Shown here piece by piece: positions 36,610 to 61,544 of a stretch of 64,000 nt of DNA. Each line of letters starts with the position of its first letter. Position 1 is the stretch's first letter. Both the position numbers and the translations under genes were made by a program. The notes under the pieces were generated by a model. The model did not search any database. It saw nothing but the letters and a program-made list of their open reading frames with translations, and was not told the origin of the DNA. Origin of the DNA: Polymyxa betae A26-41 (taxonomy: Eukaryota > Protista > Endomyxa: Phytomyxea); NCBI GenBank assembly GCA_003693705.1, contig RBZT01000705.1, positions 62,001-126,000 of the forward strand, written 5' to 3'.

Positions 36610-39385
36610 CTATATTAATGTTGGTAGATTATTAGTTGATCTTGATCTAATAATGATCTTCTGTAATGCATTTGTTAATCTCTGTCCAGCCTTCACAACC
36701 GACATCGATTTCATGACGAACGGCAACATTCCAGATGAACAGCGCCGATATCTTCCGGGGTCTTTCAGGACCTGGGCCTGGGCCAGCTCGAACTCCAGCA
36801 CGCGGCTCGGACGGCGTGCTGGCCCGGCCGCGACAGCGGGCGGCTTCGCAAACAGCGACCTCGTCGTTGGTTTCGGCGCCGTGCGCTCGCCACTGGGCGG
36901 TAGTTCGGTCATGAACACGGAGCAGCGGTGCAGGACGTCGTCGGCGATCCGATCCAGGTCGTTCTCGACGGCGACTGCGTCGATCTGCAGATTCCATTCC
37001 GTGGCGGACGCCGACCGACGACGACGCTGTAGTCGCTGCCGCCCTGATAGACCATCATCGAATGGGGCCAGCATGGGATCCCCCAACACCCCCACGGTCG
37101 TACCATCCGTTACCGATACGAGCGTGATACTGGTGCTGTGGTACTGGCCCACGGCCAGGCACCGGATCGGTGCCAGATACCGCAGGACCCGGACGGCGTC
37201 GTTGGCGACGCGGAACTCGGCGATTCTGTTGATGTTGGAGGCGGCGGCGACGTCCAGCCCGATAACGATACCGTCGACTGTGGCCAGGTACACGTGACCG
37301 TGCGCATCATCGGCTGCGATCGCGGTCAGGGCGTGCTCGCCCACCACCTGCGATGTGGCGCGCAGACGGCATGTGCGCCGCCGCTGGGCCGGCATGACCC
37401 AGGTCTTGACGACGTTGTTCTGATCGATGGAGACCATCAGAGACGTGGTCGTCGTGATCATGGTCACGAACATGACCGCGGCGTCATGGGCGCGCTGGTT
37501 CAGTACGACGCAGGTCGAGGGCCAGATCTGCTGTACGACCAGGCGACCGTCGCTGCGTCCGGCCGCCACCCACGACCCGCAGTCCGAGACGAACACGGTG
37601 ACGGCGTCCTCGAGTCCGTCCACGAACACGGCCTGGTTCAGTACGGCATCGCCGGCCGACGTACTGGTCCGATATCGGCCCGATTTCTCCACCAACACGA
37701 CCTGATCACGGCACGAACTCGCTCGAATCCATGTGGGCGGACATGCTGGCCCCGACGGTATGCTGTACACGTGAGCGTTATGATGGAGACTGTAGGCGGC
37801 CACGTTTCCGTCGGTCTGTACGATGAAGAGGGTTGCGCCCCTGCGATCGAGATCGATAGAGATGACGGATACAGATAGTGGGATACGAGATTGTAACAGA
37901 CCTGTTAGAGATGACCAGATAGTGATCAGATCGGGGTCGTGGTGCCATACAATCACACGTAATAGAGCGCTGCTGTACAGAACGTCGCAGACCGCGCCCA
38001 TCATCATCTCGTCGTCCGCGGCCGAATACTGGACCAGGTCGTCGCCATCGCCGGCCAGCACGAGACGATCGCGAAACGCGACCATGGCCGTCAGCGACCG
38101 GTTCGTTCGGATTCGCTGGACGACGAGTCAGTGGCGGACCCCTGTCACCGACTCGGGGACCAGTATTACCTGAGAACAGACGAGCTGGGTCAGATTCCAT
38201 GTCATGATACATCCGCCTATATCAGCAGTAATCATTGTATCATGTACGAATATGATAGAATGAATCTCTGTATGATGTTCTCTTGTTTGAAATAGACGAA
38301 TATTGGAGTATGGATTATATATACTGATACGTCTATCATATGTACATACTGCCAACATACAATGATTAGGAGTAAATGATATCAATGATACACCATGAGA
38401 GACATCGAACAGGATTGTGGGTGATTCTGTCACCTATAGGGGGGCTCTGAAACCCTAAAACCCTAGCCGACCATCAACCACCGACCTGTATACAATCGCG
38501 CCCATCGCGCCGATATTCCCTCATAATCCATCCACGAATAGTTCGATCAAGAGATCCAGATACGAACAGGTTCGTTGATATACTACAGATCGATGTAACC
38601 TCATCCGTATGCAGAGCGGGAATACTGGCCGACGACCACGTCAACTGCGCCTGGGCATCGTACTCGGCCATGGCCATCGACCCGTCATTGAACCCGGCCA
38701 CGATCGATCCGTTCCTCAGCGCCGCCAGCGCCGTACACGGCGTCGTGATACGGAGCGCCGACGCCGTCGTCGTCGTCGTCTGCAGCGGGATCGCCTCGAT
38801 CGTCGAGCTCGTCGCCGTCACCAACACCGCGATCGATGCGCGCGGCACCGTCATCGTGATCACGTCGTTGACGTCGCCGCGCGCCAGTACGACGTCCGCG
38901 AACTGGCGCATGGTGACGGCATCGTACAGATGCGCCCGATGACGTCCGTCGACGACGGCGATGATGGCGCCGAGGTCGGCGCTGTACAGCAGGCGTTTGG
39001 CGAGACGGCGTCCGGGGACCAGAGCCGCGCCGGGCATGCGGCGATACCGCCGCTCCGTCGGTAGACGGCGTCGCTCCTGATGCTGGTGGCCGTACAGGAC
39101 CAGGGCGTCGAGGAACTCGGCGAAATCGACGACACCGTTGTCGTTGAGGTCCATGGCCCGGAACATGGCCGCCAACGCCACGGCGCCCGGCCGCTCCTGG
39201 AACCAGGCCAGGCCGTGCAGGCGGGCCAGCAGGGCCTGGACGAATTCGGCCTGGGTCACGCCCGGGCCGAGCCGCCCGGCCAGCTGGTCCAATACGTCGC
39301 GGTCGATGGTCAGGACGATCTGCTGGATCAGGTCGTCGACGCCCTGCAGACGCCTGTACAGGCGCGTCCGGGGCGTCGCTGGCAT
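36610..39385 (-). CDS. EF-hand plus WD40-repeat protein (WDR49/EFCAB8-like), multi-exon
   Basis: EF-hand FRAMDLNDNGVVDFAEFL; WD repeats LHTDEVTSI..FVSGSLDRTIRGW and EHHTEIHSI..ITADIGGCIMTWNL. Confidence 0.8.
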
Positions 39386-39551
39386 CGCTAGCCAGGGGGC
39401 GGGTACGCCTTCTTCGCCGCGAATCTCACTGCCGCATTGCAACGATCACAGTCGGGATTTCTGGGGTCAAGGGGCCAGTTCGACGTGTTGTTGGACCGGC
39501 TGACCCTGAACGGTGTTCGGGTACGATCGGCAGTGACGATCGGGACGGTGA

Positions 39552-40225
39552 ATGTCGGACCTGGCTCGGGAGCTTCGACGTCTCTATGCGGATGTGAAAT
39601 CGTGGGCGCCATCGGATCACGAAGGCAGACCGCAGACACCATTTCAGGAACATGTTGGAGATGCGCCGGCTGGGTTGAAGATGGCGCTGACCTGTGGATA
39701 GGAGTCGAGACCGAGGTCGCCGCCAGGGGAGAATGTCTCGCAGCTGACGACATCGGTCTTGCAGATGTTCGAAACACGATGTCGATCTATGGAGGAGCGT
39801 ATTGCGACTCTGGAAAAGAGAGAGTTGGATCTATTCGAGGCATTTGACCCTGATTTGTGACATTTTATTCATACGATGAATATCGCTATCTAGGAACTAG
39901 AACGCCGAATATCATCCAGATTTCAATCTATGGCTGATCATCAGAATAATATCAAGGATGTATTATGTGGTGAATTCAACAGATTAGATGGACTTATTCG
40001 ACGAAGGTGGCGATGGATTTCTAGAATGATTTGTTTGCTGAGAATGTGATTAGTGAACATGATCATAGCCGAATGCATCATGATCTTTATGATGGGCAAC
40101 AGATTCGTATTCAGCAACAGATACGGCATAATACTGATATGATCAATGTTGTCGATGAAGAGGTTCGACAGGTTAAGAGGCGTCTCACGGAGGCTCTTGA
40201 ATTATTCAATAGAAAATGGAATTGA
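39552..40225 (+). CDS. putative multi-exon coiled-coil protein
   Basis: Short exons can be joined to MEERIATLEKR|ELERRISSRF..|EHDHSR..VDEEVRQVKRRLTEALELFNRKWN*; first junction unresolved. Confidence 0.45.
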
Positions 40226-40254
40226 TTGTTTGATAATATAATAACCGCTTTCAC

Positions 40255-40640
40255 GTGTGTTTGGATGGTATTGGTATGGATGACGTTTGTATTGATGACA
40301 TTTGTATTGATGAGATCTGTATGGATGAGATATTTGAGATGACTGGATGAGATGTTGTTTTGTATGGATGAGATTTGTATGGATGAGATGTTGTTTTGTA
40401 TGGATGAGATTTGTATGGATGAGATTTGTATGGATGAAAAATGTTTGTTTTGTAATGATGGCATTTGTTTGTATTGGAAGGATGAGCTATTATTGATGAC
40501 ATTTGTATTGACGAGATTTGTACATATGGATGAGATTTTTCTGTTGTATTGATGGCATTTGTATAGATGAGATTTGTATGGATGAGATGTTTGTAATTTG
40601 AAGGGATGAGCCATCATTTGTATGGAGGACATTTGTATGG
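40255..40640. repeat. degenerate 15-bp minisatellite (ATTTGTATGGATGAG)n
   Basis: Many direct copies, with longer variants such as GATGAGATGTTGTTTTGTATG. Confidence 0.9.
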
Positions 40641-40747
40641 CCGTGCTCATATCAGAGTAAAGATTTACAGCTTTGTTCGGAGATTCGATAAGTGCGCCGC
40701 TCACGCAATATCTCATTGATTTTTGTATTCGTCGTTCTGCTGTGCTC

Positions 40748-42064
40748 ATGTCTTCGGCCGATTCAGCTGAGGCGACGTCATCGCTGCCGCCCTGTCGGCG
40801 ACTCTTCATCGGCGGCCTGTCGTGGGACACGTCCGACGAAAAATTCCACCAATACTTCGAGCAGTTCGGCGCCATCGAAGAAGCCATTATCATGCGTGAT
40901 AAAGGGACCGGGCAATCACGAGGATTCGGATTCGTGACGTTCGTCAACCTCGAGCCTGTACAGACGGTTCTATCGCAAAGTCTCGAACTCGATGGGCGCC
41001 AGATCGACCCGAAAATTGCCGTCCGAAAGGAAGAGATGGACAAGCGCAATCAGGCGTCGTTGCCGCCTCGCGAAACCACCGACCGAAAGATTTTCGTCGG
41101 TTCGATTTCTCCCGAGGTCACGCAGGAGTCGTTTAAAGCGTATTGGGAGACATTTGGTGCCATCCAGGAGGCGGTCGTTATGAAAGGCTACGGATTCGTT
41201 AGATTTACAGAGCAAGAGACGGTCGAGAAGGTGTTGAAGCACCCGGAGCACATTATTAACGGGCACAAAGTCGAGCCGCAGCGAGCCGTTCATAGACGCA
41301 GCGTGCACGAGCGTCGCACATCCGAACGTCATCGCCCTGAATCAGATCATGGCTATGGGCCGACTAGGGATAGGTATCCGCCGCCGACATCGCGTTGGTC
41401 GCCGCCCGATTATCATCGCGAGTACCCCCGGGCGCCGCGCGACCTGCCGCCCCGCGACTATCGTGAACGTCCCAGGGACCCGCGAGATGTGCCTCGTGAT
41501 CCTCGGGAGTCGTATGATTACGGCCGTGATCGTTATGGGCCCTATGATGATAGCCGTTACGATAGTCGTCGTTTATACGAGTCGCGTTATGCACCGCCGC
41601 CGTCGTCGACAACATCGACGGCCGCCGATCCTTACGACCTGTATCATTTCGATCAGTATCCGGATTTCGAGCCCGCTGCATCGTACCCGCCGCCGTCGTC
41701 GTCGTCCGCCAATGGTTAGTGAGAAATAGCGACGCTCGACATTTTGAGTTGCTAGGTGTGTAGTTCGGGTTTTTAGAGTTGACTCGCCGCTATAGGTCGT
41801 TCGTACTACCCCGACGGTTCCGGGCCGTATTCGGACAGTTTAAGTCGAGGGCCGCCGCCAGCATCGTCGTATAGTGATGCGTATGGTTATGGCGATCGTT
41901 ATGCTAGCAGTGATCATGGGTACGCGCCAGAAAGCGTGCAAGGTAGCTACGGGCGAGAATCGTATAGTTCCGTCACCGAGCATGGACGACCATCATCGTA
42001 TTCGTCGAGACCAGGGCCAGTGCCGTCTCGAGGTTCAAGATACGATCCATATGGGCGACCTTAG
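40748..42064 (+). CDS. Musashi/hnRNP A1/DAZAP1-like 2xRRM protein
   Basis: RNP2 LFIGGLSW and RNP1 RGFGFVTF; second RRM IFVGSI/KGYGFVRF; R/Y/D/P-rich tail ending RYDPYGRP* after an intron at about 41715-41796. Confidence 0.9.
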
Positions 42065-42198
42065 AGCATTCGTTTCAGGGAGATTTGCAGTTAAACAATT
42101 TTTTAATCGACTACAGCTGCTCGTAGAGCAACCGTCAATACATAATGGTTATATATACAATGGGATGATGAATTCAGCAGAAAGTATCATCAGTGTGT

Positions 42199-43663
42199 TT
42201 ATTGTATTGGTTGTGATCCCAAGACTTTATTGTAGGTACCGACCACTTTGGAACTTCGTATATCATCCCACGCTCTGCAACAGTTTCGGAACCTGCAAGG
42301 GAGTGAATCCCCATTCACAAAAATCAAGAGAATGAACTTACCAGGTAATCTGAGAATAATGGGCGGTGGAGCTGCCGGGTGCTAAGCCAGATATCTTCGA
42401 ACAAAGCTCTTGGATACAAATCGTATGCGCTTGCTTGGATGATTGTTGCGGGATGAAGAACACATCCAAGGCATGGCGCTGATCATGGACAAGAAGCTCG
42501 TTGTAGATGGGCTGCGAACTTAACGGGAACGCAGACAGATCCAGCGAGTTTCGAAGATACGTTTGCGTCTTCACCCAACAATCTTTAGTAAAGTTGTCCT
42601 CGCTTACTTTATTGTAGATGAAGACAATCCTAGCTCGAGATTGGTTTTCACCGCTGCCTAATTGGTTGATTCTCAGAAACGCAATCGACCAAGTAAGCAA
42701 TGGAAGCATTGTACCGGCTCGTATCAGCATAGCAGCTGAAGCAAGGGTTTGCAGCGTCGCATCAGATGCGAATGTGTCCTGTACGACGAGAACCACATCG
42801 CAGACAGTCATCATCAGCATAGAGATCTCAATGGATTGAATTACGACAGCATGGGCAGGCGATTTGTAAACCGATGATAGCGAAGCCGACGAGCTCATCA
42901 GCTTCGTTATGGAAGAAATCGAATTCAATGGCTGAAACGTCATTTTCAGCAAATTACGACAACCACAATGCGCAATAAGCCCAAATATTCAAAAACGAAA
43001 TCGGCAGTCTTACTGCCGTTAAGGCGAAAATCACAAACAATCCAAGAAAATGACATGGGCTGAACAATAAAGAAATTCTCACTTGTGAATCGATAAAGAT
43101 GGAATTTCGTGTGAAGATGGCATCGACTCCAGGAGTTGCAGAGATACAATTGGCTATCGAATGCTCGGTTTGCGTGGTGAACAATGCCGGTAATTGCGAT
43201 GATAACGATGACGCTAGGGCCGACATCAATATCGACTTTCCGGTACCTTCGCCTCCAATGACACCAAAGCTTCGACTGCATGTCTGATCATTGCTCAAGA
43301 CCTAGAACACAGTTTAATCCAAATCCCTTAGAAGGGGAATAGCAAAATAGCTGCTACCGTTTCGACGTTTCGATCCAGTCGTAAAAGATGATCGATTATA
43401 GACAACGGTCCTCCCTGGTATTGTGGCTTCGGTTGCAATACACGGCGTGGTGCTAAGACCGTCGGATGTGTTGGCGGCTTAGGCTCTTTCGAAGGCGGAG
43501 GCAATATCGGGGCTTTCGAAAGAATGCGCTTGACAGCCACGACAGGGACTGGGCTGGACGATGAAGCCGGTGTTGGTAATGGTGATGTTGGCGACGGCGC
43601 TAGAGGTCCTGATCGACGAGGTCGGCCTGGACGACGAGCACCGCCATATCCAGGCGCGCTCAT
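42199..43663 (-). CDS. SMG9: SMG9 nonsense-mediated decay factor, multi-exon
   Basis: FGVIGGEGTGKSILMSAL, TPGVD..FIDSQP, MMTVCDVVLVVQD; Pro-rich N-terminus. Confidence 0.85.
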
Positions 43664-43809
43664 AACATTCCGCGAATTGTTCCTGTTTGATTATCAGCGT
43701 ATCAACCCCAGTGCAACTCAGTATTACTGCACCACGTTCGTTAGATAAGCTTGATTGGAAAAAGCGAAGAATAATGATGCTTTATAAACAATTGATAAAC
43801 TGTGATAAT

Positions 43810-46800
43810 TTAACAAGATGTGCTCATATACATTGATAGACAGCGAATCCATTGCTGTAAGTCTTCTTCACAACTGGCTTGCATACTATACGTCTTTGAT
43901 TTACATTGCAATTTGAAAGTAAACGGATTTTGGGAATTCTCATCAAGGTAAACGGATCCTCCAGTTAAATCGATGCAGTCAGCCTCAATCTTTTGTGATA
44001 CATTCTTAAAAAGCTGTAAGAACGGATACCGAAGGATGCAAAATAGCCTCCTATGATTCTGATGCAAAAACCCACTCCTTTCCGGTTGACTAACATAAAC
44101 CATCAGACTGTTATTGCACAGGCAAGCCTAGCTGCAAACCTTTCCGTTTCTGAGCATTTGCTAACAGATACTTTCGACAGCGCTGGCGATGGAATGCTAC
44201 CGCCCTGACAGTTGCTATGATGATGCAAAATATCCAGAGCAGTCTGAAAGAATTTATCAGATGGACTGCATTCGCCAGAGCTACGCTGGACACGAGACTG
44301 CACCCATTTGTAAGCAGTTAAACCTCACTAATGAAGTAAATCATTACCTTCTCCACAGCGACTTTGGAGCATAGTTTCCGGCGAATCAATTTCCCCGATT
44401 TCCTGAAATCGCTGAGAAACTTCGGCTCCGCTACTGGCCTCAGCCAGCAAAAAAATCCTAATATAACATCATTGAGAGAAAGCACGTTGGAAAGCTTTGA
44501 GTTTTACCAGAATGTCTCTTGGTATGGGATATATTGTTTACGAAACTCTTGAAGAATCCCACTCGGGAAAATGCCTGGCGTTAATTCACCAAACTAGCTT
44601 TATCATGTTGACATGGTTACCTTGCAGTAAACAGTGTGGCAAAAAGAAATAGGCTCAGGTTGCCAGTCAGCATACAAATTCATTTCAATATCAAGCTCGA
44701 AATTCGAATTACGCTGAGCATATGAATGGTTTGACAGTTCGGAAGGCCATGGGCAACGGAAGATCAAATATCGATCAAGTACATGCATTTGTTCTTGGGT
44801 TATATCACAGTCGAAAACACTGACATCTTTTAATCCTCCACTTCGAATGGCTTTAACCTAATGGGCGCTTCATAAGAAACTGTAAGGATCTCAACATCAC
44901 ATTGAAAGACGACACCTTCAGGCTCAAGCAGCTTTCTAAAGCGAAATGATTCATATCAGTCTGGAGTATTCGGACTTGGAATCGTTTAGGTTTGCTCAAA
45001 GAAACCTTAAACACAGTGTTATCGTCCTCTGTTCGTCTTGTCCAGCAATTACTGTAAACTCCCGAAGAAGGCGACAGCTCCTGTGAACACACATTTTGAA
45101 TATATGAAAGAATACGGCACTGAGCGAATACTTGAATCTCAATGGCCACATGTATCCTGGTCCCTGAGGCATGATAATCGCCAGGAGCTGTATATATTGA
45201 TGGGACGACATCGGATTGAGAGCAGATTGCAATTCCGCTGATGCTGGGATCCTGGGAACTGCTATCAACTGAAATTGCAGCTATTGCCGAAACAAGACGA
45301 GGAGAAGGCCCTGGGAGCCTAAAACATTTTGCTTAAATTCTGTTCGAAATGCACTTGGTTTCACAAACCGTATAGAACCGTCAGGGCCTATTAAAGGTGT
45401 CTTCAGAGTTGAAACTCTCTTCAGAGATTGGTATCTTTGGCGAGCATTGCTCAAAATGTCATCGTCGCCGTTTAGATTCTCAGGATACAGGGTGCCCATT
45501 TTGACTACGACTTGAAGAGGTTTTTCGAGCACAGTTGAATCGTTTATCACCCAGTTTCTAAGGATTCTTTCCTCATTACACTCTCCTTAATCAGAATTAA
45601 GAGCAGGTGCAATCTGCCAGAACCATACTGACCTGTCGTGCTTTGGACAACAGGAACATCATTGAACTCCAAGATGTGTCGCTTGCCATGTTCCGATGCT
45701 GGGCATGTGACTGACACAGAAATCGGATGCGATATTGCAAGATCGTTTTGGATAAAGTTAATGCCAATCAACTGAGATCGTTTTCAGACATTAGACAGTA
45801 GAGCGTAACAGATGAAAAGACCTCAAAAACCAGTTCAAAAGGATCGTTGATGTCTTTCTCGGTCTCCATTTTGTATCTGAGATATCTTGTTAGTCAACTA
45901 TGCATGGTATAATGATAGCTTCTTTTACACTTTCAATAGCAAGCGCCCGATGCGACGTCCAAGCCCGTTGAACAACGAGACAGAGACCATCTCATTGAGA
46001 CCGCGGGAATCCATTGACGAAAGGTCAAATACGATGCCCCAAACAACATCAGATATCTGCAAAGGATTTGCCTTCAAGTATTCAATTGGATCCAGCTGAA
46101 GATTTTCCTATCACATCGTCAACGTAAATGCTGAATGTCATGTGGCAAGTGACGCACCTTGCGATTGTCTTGCCGCTCTAGGCTGTGACAATAAAACACT
46201 CTCAGTTTGTGGTAGAAGTTGTAAAATTCGTCAACTGTAAAGCAAATGGCTGGTACCGTGATGCTTGTCATGCGAACAATAGGAGAGGCCTAAAAAAATT
46301 ACTAAGCAGCGCGACCAAACATATTTCTACCCAACCTCAAGTAAAGGGATGGGCGAGTTGCTAGCTAATTTAACATTTGGAACTAGCTGGAATAGTATTT
46401 CGTGACCAAGAGCATACGCCATGGAATTGCAGCAATCAATACGGGTCAGTAGAGTTTTCAAAGTTTCAGAACTGGTACTAAGAGCAGAAACCCTCCAAGT
46501 TTTCGCAATAGCCTCTACTAGAGCTCGAAAAGACATTGATGCGCCAACATCGAATGAAGAGTCCGATGCCTACTTTAAACATAAGGCGTCGTGCAATCGA
46601 AGTTCAGAATTGCAATGTAACCTCCTGTATGTTGCCGTCATTTCGAATTTGATCAACGATCTTTGCAAGATTTCCCCTTAGAGATTTCTCTCGCTTTAAT
46701 TCTTCTTTCATTTTCGATAGTTGGCGACGATGGGTCTTGGAGATGGTATCGAAGCCATTCTCGGTGACCTCCAATAATTGCCTTGCTTTCACAGTCTCCT

Positions 46801-49297
46801 CAATCTGAAAAAAGCAGGAGTTAATCCAAGACTGTTTGCAGGAATAGGAAGCCACCGAACTGCCAGTTTGAGCCTTTCGGATAATTCAGCCTTATTGGCT
46901 CTCTCAACTTCAAGCTCCTTAATTAAATTGTGGAATTTGGCGTCAGTTTGGGCAGCGCCTATTTCAAGGATTTTGACCTGGTCGCGTTCCTTTTCGAGGT
47001 CATACATAACGGAATCTAATCTGTACGCCAGTATAAGCCATGCTGCCTGATACGCCATAACTATTACCTTGCTTTCAACTCTTTATGTGCAAAATCCCAA
47101 TTTATTTCAGTCCGGTTTTCTGGAGGGTTCTTCTGCAAATAGTTCATTGAAGCACTATAGCGGAATGCCAGTTTGCCCCCAAAAATAACGCGATCTCCAT
47201 GTGATAAAACAACGTCTTGAGACACCTAATGCAATGTTGGCGATGTTCATCAAATTCACAACCTGTTACCTGTTGCCCGTTAACAAAAATCTGATTCGCC
47301 CCGTCATGAGGAATTAAAATGCTAGTACAATCATTCATTGTTTTGACGATACAAAAAAGCTCGGGGCCACCCTCCAGATGAAGTACAACACAGGGCTGCG
47401 ATAATGAAGCCGAACGGCCTACATTTGTATCTCCCTTTTTAAGATAGTACACCAGACATTCGCCAGCTCCAGGATCTTCCCGCAAGCTGCAAAGGAAAGG
47501 AGAATACGGATCCAATTTGATAGCAATTCCTTCGCGCTCTAAAGCCTTCGGAAGACACTAGTCATATCTCTCACGGTAGGTGATGCAGGAACCTTACTTT
47601 TTCTCGTTCAATACGGATCTGTTCAGCTTTGTTGAGCTTATCCTCCCAGCTCATATTCATAACCTGGATGAGTTTTTGGGCATTCTGGAGCTGCTCCGAC
47701 AGCTGCTGTATCTCTTGAGAGCTTGATTTCTCTGCAGACCCCAGTTTCGCAGTGAGTTCTATAACATCTTAGGAGGCAGTCAGAGCAGCATTTCACTTCG
47801 GACCTTTGATTTCATTCTTTAAACCATCAACAAGTCTGTTGTTCGAGTTCTCATTACAGACAGCAGAAGTTACAATCTGTTTGGCTCTAGCAGCATATCG
47901 CAGAGAGCCTAGTGATTCCTCGTAGTCAGACTCCTTGGAGCTAACGGTGCATAAAAGCATAGTTCGGGAGTTTCCGTCAAGACCAAAACTCCTTTTCAAC
48001 AGCCAGGTTAGTGTCGAATCTCGGAATGGAATATGACTTGTGCTGCGAGATGGGCTGCCGATCTTCTTTCCAGAGTTGGATTCGGCTAAAGAAGATATTA
48101 CCCTGCCGAGAGTAACCAAAGACTTATTGATTTCTACGAAACAATTTAGGACCAGTGGAAATCCTTGCAAGTATCTAGATACCGGCGGCTTCTTTCAAAT
48201 TGATTCCTTGAGCTTTGGTTTTTGCATGCCGTTCGCTTCCTGCTAAATCAACGAGATGTATATGAGCGACTTTCTCGCAAATAACCCCCTCAGAGGGATT
48301 CTTCACGGTTTGCTTTAATTTCAAAGTAACTGTGTTAAGATTAATGCCACACATCAAGCAAAAACGGGTTCTACTGACATATTGCATGCGAACGTGACGA
48401 TTCCGCGTTCATACGAGTGGCAGCGACAGTTCTGCCAGAGTTTCCCTGACTCAATAAACTGGCAACATCCTCGTAGGATTGTACCTGAGCGAAATTTCTT
48501 GAGCAATCCTGGAACAAATTTGAAAATTAACATACAGGAATATTACTCAGATCCTCAACGTAAGGCCCGTGCTTAGGATGCTCCCGAACTGTTAGGCCTG
48601 CTGGGCTTATACTTTCCATTTTTTTCGGATCGAGACTAAAACCCAATTATTCCGAATTCTTAGCATCATGCTATTCATTTACAGATCCCGAACTTTCTCA
48701 TTATATATTTCGAAATATGATGCCTCGCATGTATATCTAAGTCCTTCTACATTAGAGGATTGTTCGTTTATCCTGTTGAACAGCTCCTTGGATATTCTTG
48801 GGATAAGACCAGGGTCGGAAGCAGGGCCCATCATGCAATATGATTTCCCCGATCCAGTCTATTTCCTTTTGTAAGCAAGTAGAGTATTCGTTTGAGTTGA
48901 TTTACCTGCCCATAAGCCAGGATAGTCACATTAAATCCCTAAACGAAGTGAGTAGTGACTGCAACATCAACATAAATATCGTACAGAGAAGACATTCTGC
49001 AGAGCAATCTGTCCCAAATCATTGAACACATCTTCTTGAGTACCGCTGTTGCCATCGAAGTTGACATAACATCTATCGAATCCAAACCGATGCGATTTAG
49101 CTCCAGTGAATCTTGGTCACACTTCAGTGTGGAAAAGCCAAAAAAGAACACTGAGAACGATACCCTGATCTAGGCGGATGAAGAGCCAGATTCGTTCCAG
49201 AAATGTCAATAATTGATTCATGAGTTTGATGGGATCGTACCCGGACCGCAACCAGCACATTATCTCTTTGGACCTTAGAATCCCTTTGAAGCGTCAT
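43810..49297 (-). CDS. kinesin-3 (KIF1/KIF13-like) motor with FHA and C-terminal PH domain
   Basis: VLVAVRVR, AYGQTGSGKSY, HLVDLAGSER, INKSLVTLGRVISSL, HIPFRDSTLTWLLK; FHA LVYYLKKGDTNVGR; PH ...EEDLQQWIRCL. Confidence 0.9.
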
Positions 49298-49711
49298 GAT
49301 GAGTTCCGGACAGAGCAGGATTTAAATCAATAGTCGTTTTTTTTCAAAAATTGGATTTGTTGTGAAACCGCCCATGCAAATGGAAGAAGGAACCGGCAAG
49401 ACTGACAAAGGGGACTGACGTGGCAACCATCCAGGCGGTCACAGCCTCCGGTTAGAGAACGTAGGAAACGTTACATGTGCACATCTTGCCAAGCTTGGCC
49501 TCTATCTATTAAGTCTCTACAGCAGAAATCGATACAGATCGAATAATCGAAGAATTTGCCATTCTAATGCAATTGTTAATTAGCTGTAATTTAATTTATG
49601 TATGTTTACACAGTAGGGTCAGATTGTCTGTGGTCCCTGATAGCGAGAGACGATTCATAAATGGACCTATCAAACTGAAGGTCACTGAGGAGAACCTATT
49701 GATGTGATGCC

Positions 49712-53126
<3,415 letters not shown>

Positions 53127-53413
53127 TAAGCAATGAATGGCCAGACAGTCACTTTAGTGAGCAGATTAATGCAATTAGACAAGTGAATGTACTGTATAAG
53201 ACTGTCGAGAAGAGTATTGTTTGGGCGGCATTTGAGACAGTGGCATTGATAAATTTTAACCAATGCGACATGTCGCTTCTGCAAATTTTGCGACACCGTT
53301 CAAGGCGCGCGATAACATGATTTTCCCACATTTTCACGCTGCGAGTGGCAATATATAAGCAGTTCATGAAAGGAAAGTTTATTGATGAATATAAAAGAGA
53401 TTGAATGCAAACA

Positions 53414-53987
53414 TCAGAAAGACGATCGTATCGAAAAGTAGATGATGAAGAAGATAAATACAATAAAGAGAGCGAGATAGCAGAGATGACTGCTGCTGCT
53501 TCTGCTGACAAGCTCACTCAGCTTCTTCCTTGTAGCTGCTAGCATGCTTGAGGCATCCAGCATACTAGAGTTCTATTATGGATAATCAGTATCCAGGATA
53601 AGCAGGCAATAGAAGGAAATAGCTCATCAATAATGGGAATTTCATGCAACTATGACAACAAACAGGCAACTTTAAATACCATTGAATCTAACATTGCATT
53701 TTGGTCCCGAGTTTCGCGTCCCAGTTCGACCGTAATATGCTTCAGCTGATCGACTTTCGCATTCAGATTAGATACAAGCTCATCACTCTGGTTCTCCATC
53801 GTTTGCATTTTCTGTTCTTCCTGTCGTCGATACGCCTGCGTCCGCTGACTTCGCTGACCCATCAGAGCCGTCCTATCAGCAATATAATTAATGATGGTTT
53901 CCCATTTGAACGACAGAATTTGTACAACAGAAACTGGATGAGCAAATAGAGAAATATTTCAGTAAAACAATACCTTTCATCGCTCAT
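53414..53987 (-). CDS. BET1: BET1-like Qc-SNARE, 3 exons
   Basis: MENQSDELVSNLNAKVDQLKHITVELGRETRDQNAMLDSM SNARE motif; C-terminal TM HLCYLALFIVFIFFIIYF. Confidence 0.88.
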
Positions 53988-54267
53988 GGTGCTCCTTGGC
54001 CGCATGCAGCGGCAAACAGCTTAGTAAATGGAAGGCAGGTTGCCAGGTCCAGATGAAAGCCCGTCTGAAATCAAGGTAAGTAGGAAAATTTACAGTGAAT
54101 TTGATAGCTCATAGCAGGTCTCAAATAGCGCAGCCCGCGAACAAGACTGACGAAGAACAGATGATCAAATTTGATGATAAAGGACAAGGGACATTAGTTG
54201 AGATAATATTATATCTTTATAATTTATATACAGGATCAAGTTCCTCTTTACAGTAGAACTTCAATCC

Positions 54268-61544
<7,277 letters not shown>

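Noticed and set aside
38161-38169. CAGTATTAC nonamer-like match (another at about 43719)
   Set aside because: No GC-rich flanking stem; the first overlaps a splice donor of the WD40 gene
36593-39503. Long overlapping + strand ORFs
   Set aside because: Shadows of the high-GC EF-hand/WD40 gene
40111-41049. 312-aa minus ORF and MDEIC/SHPYK repeat ORFs
   Set aside because: Translations of the minisatellite plus RRM antisense
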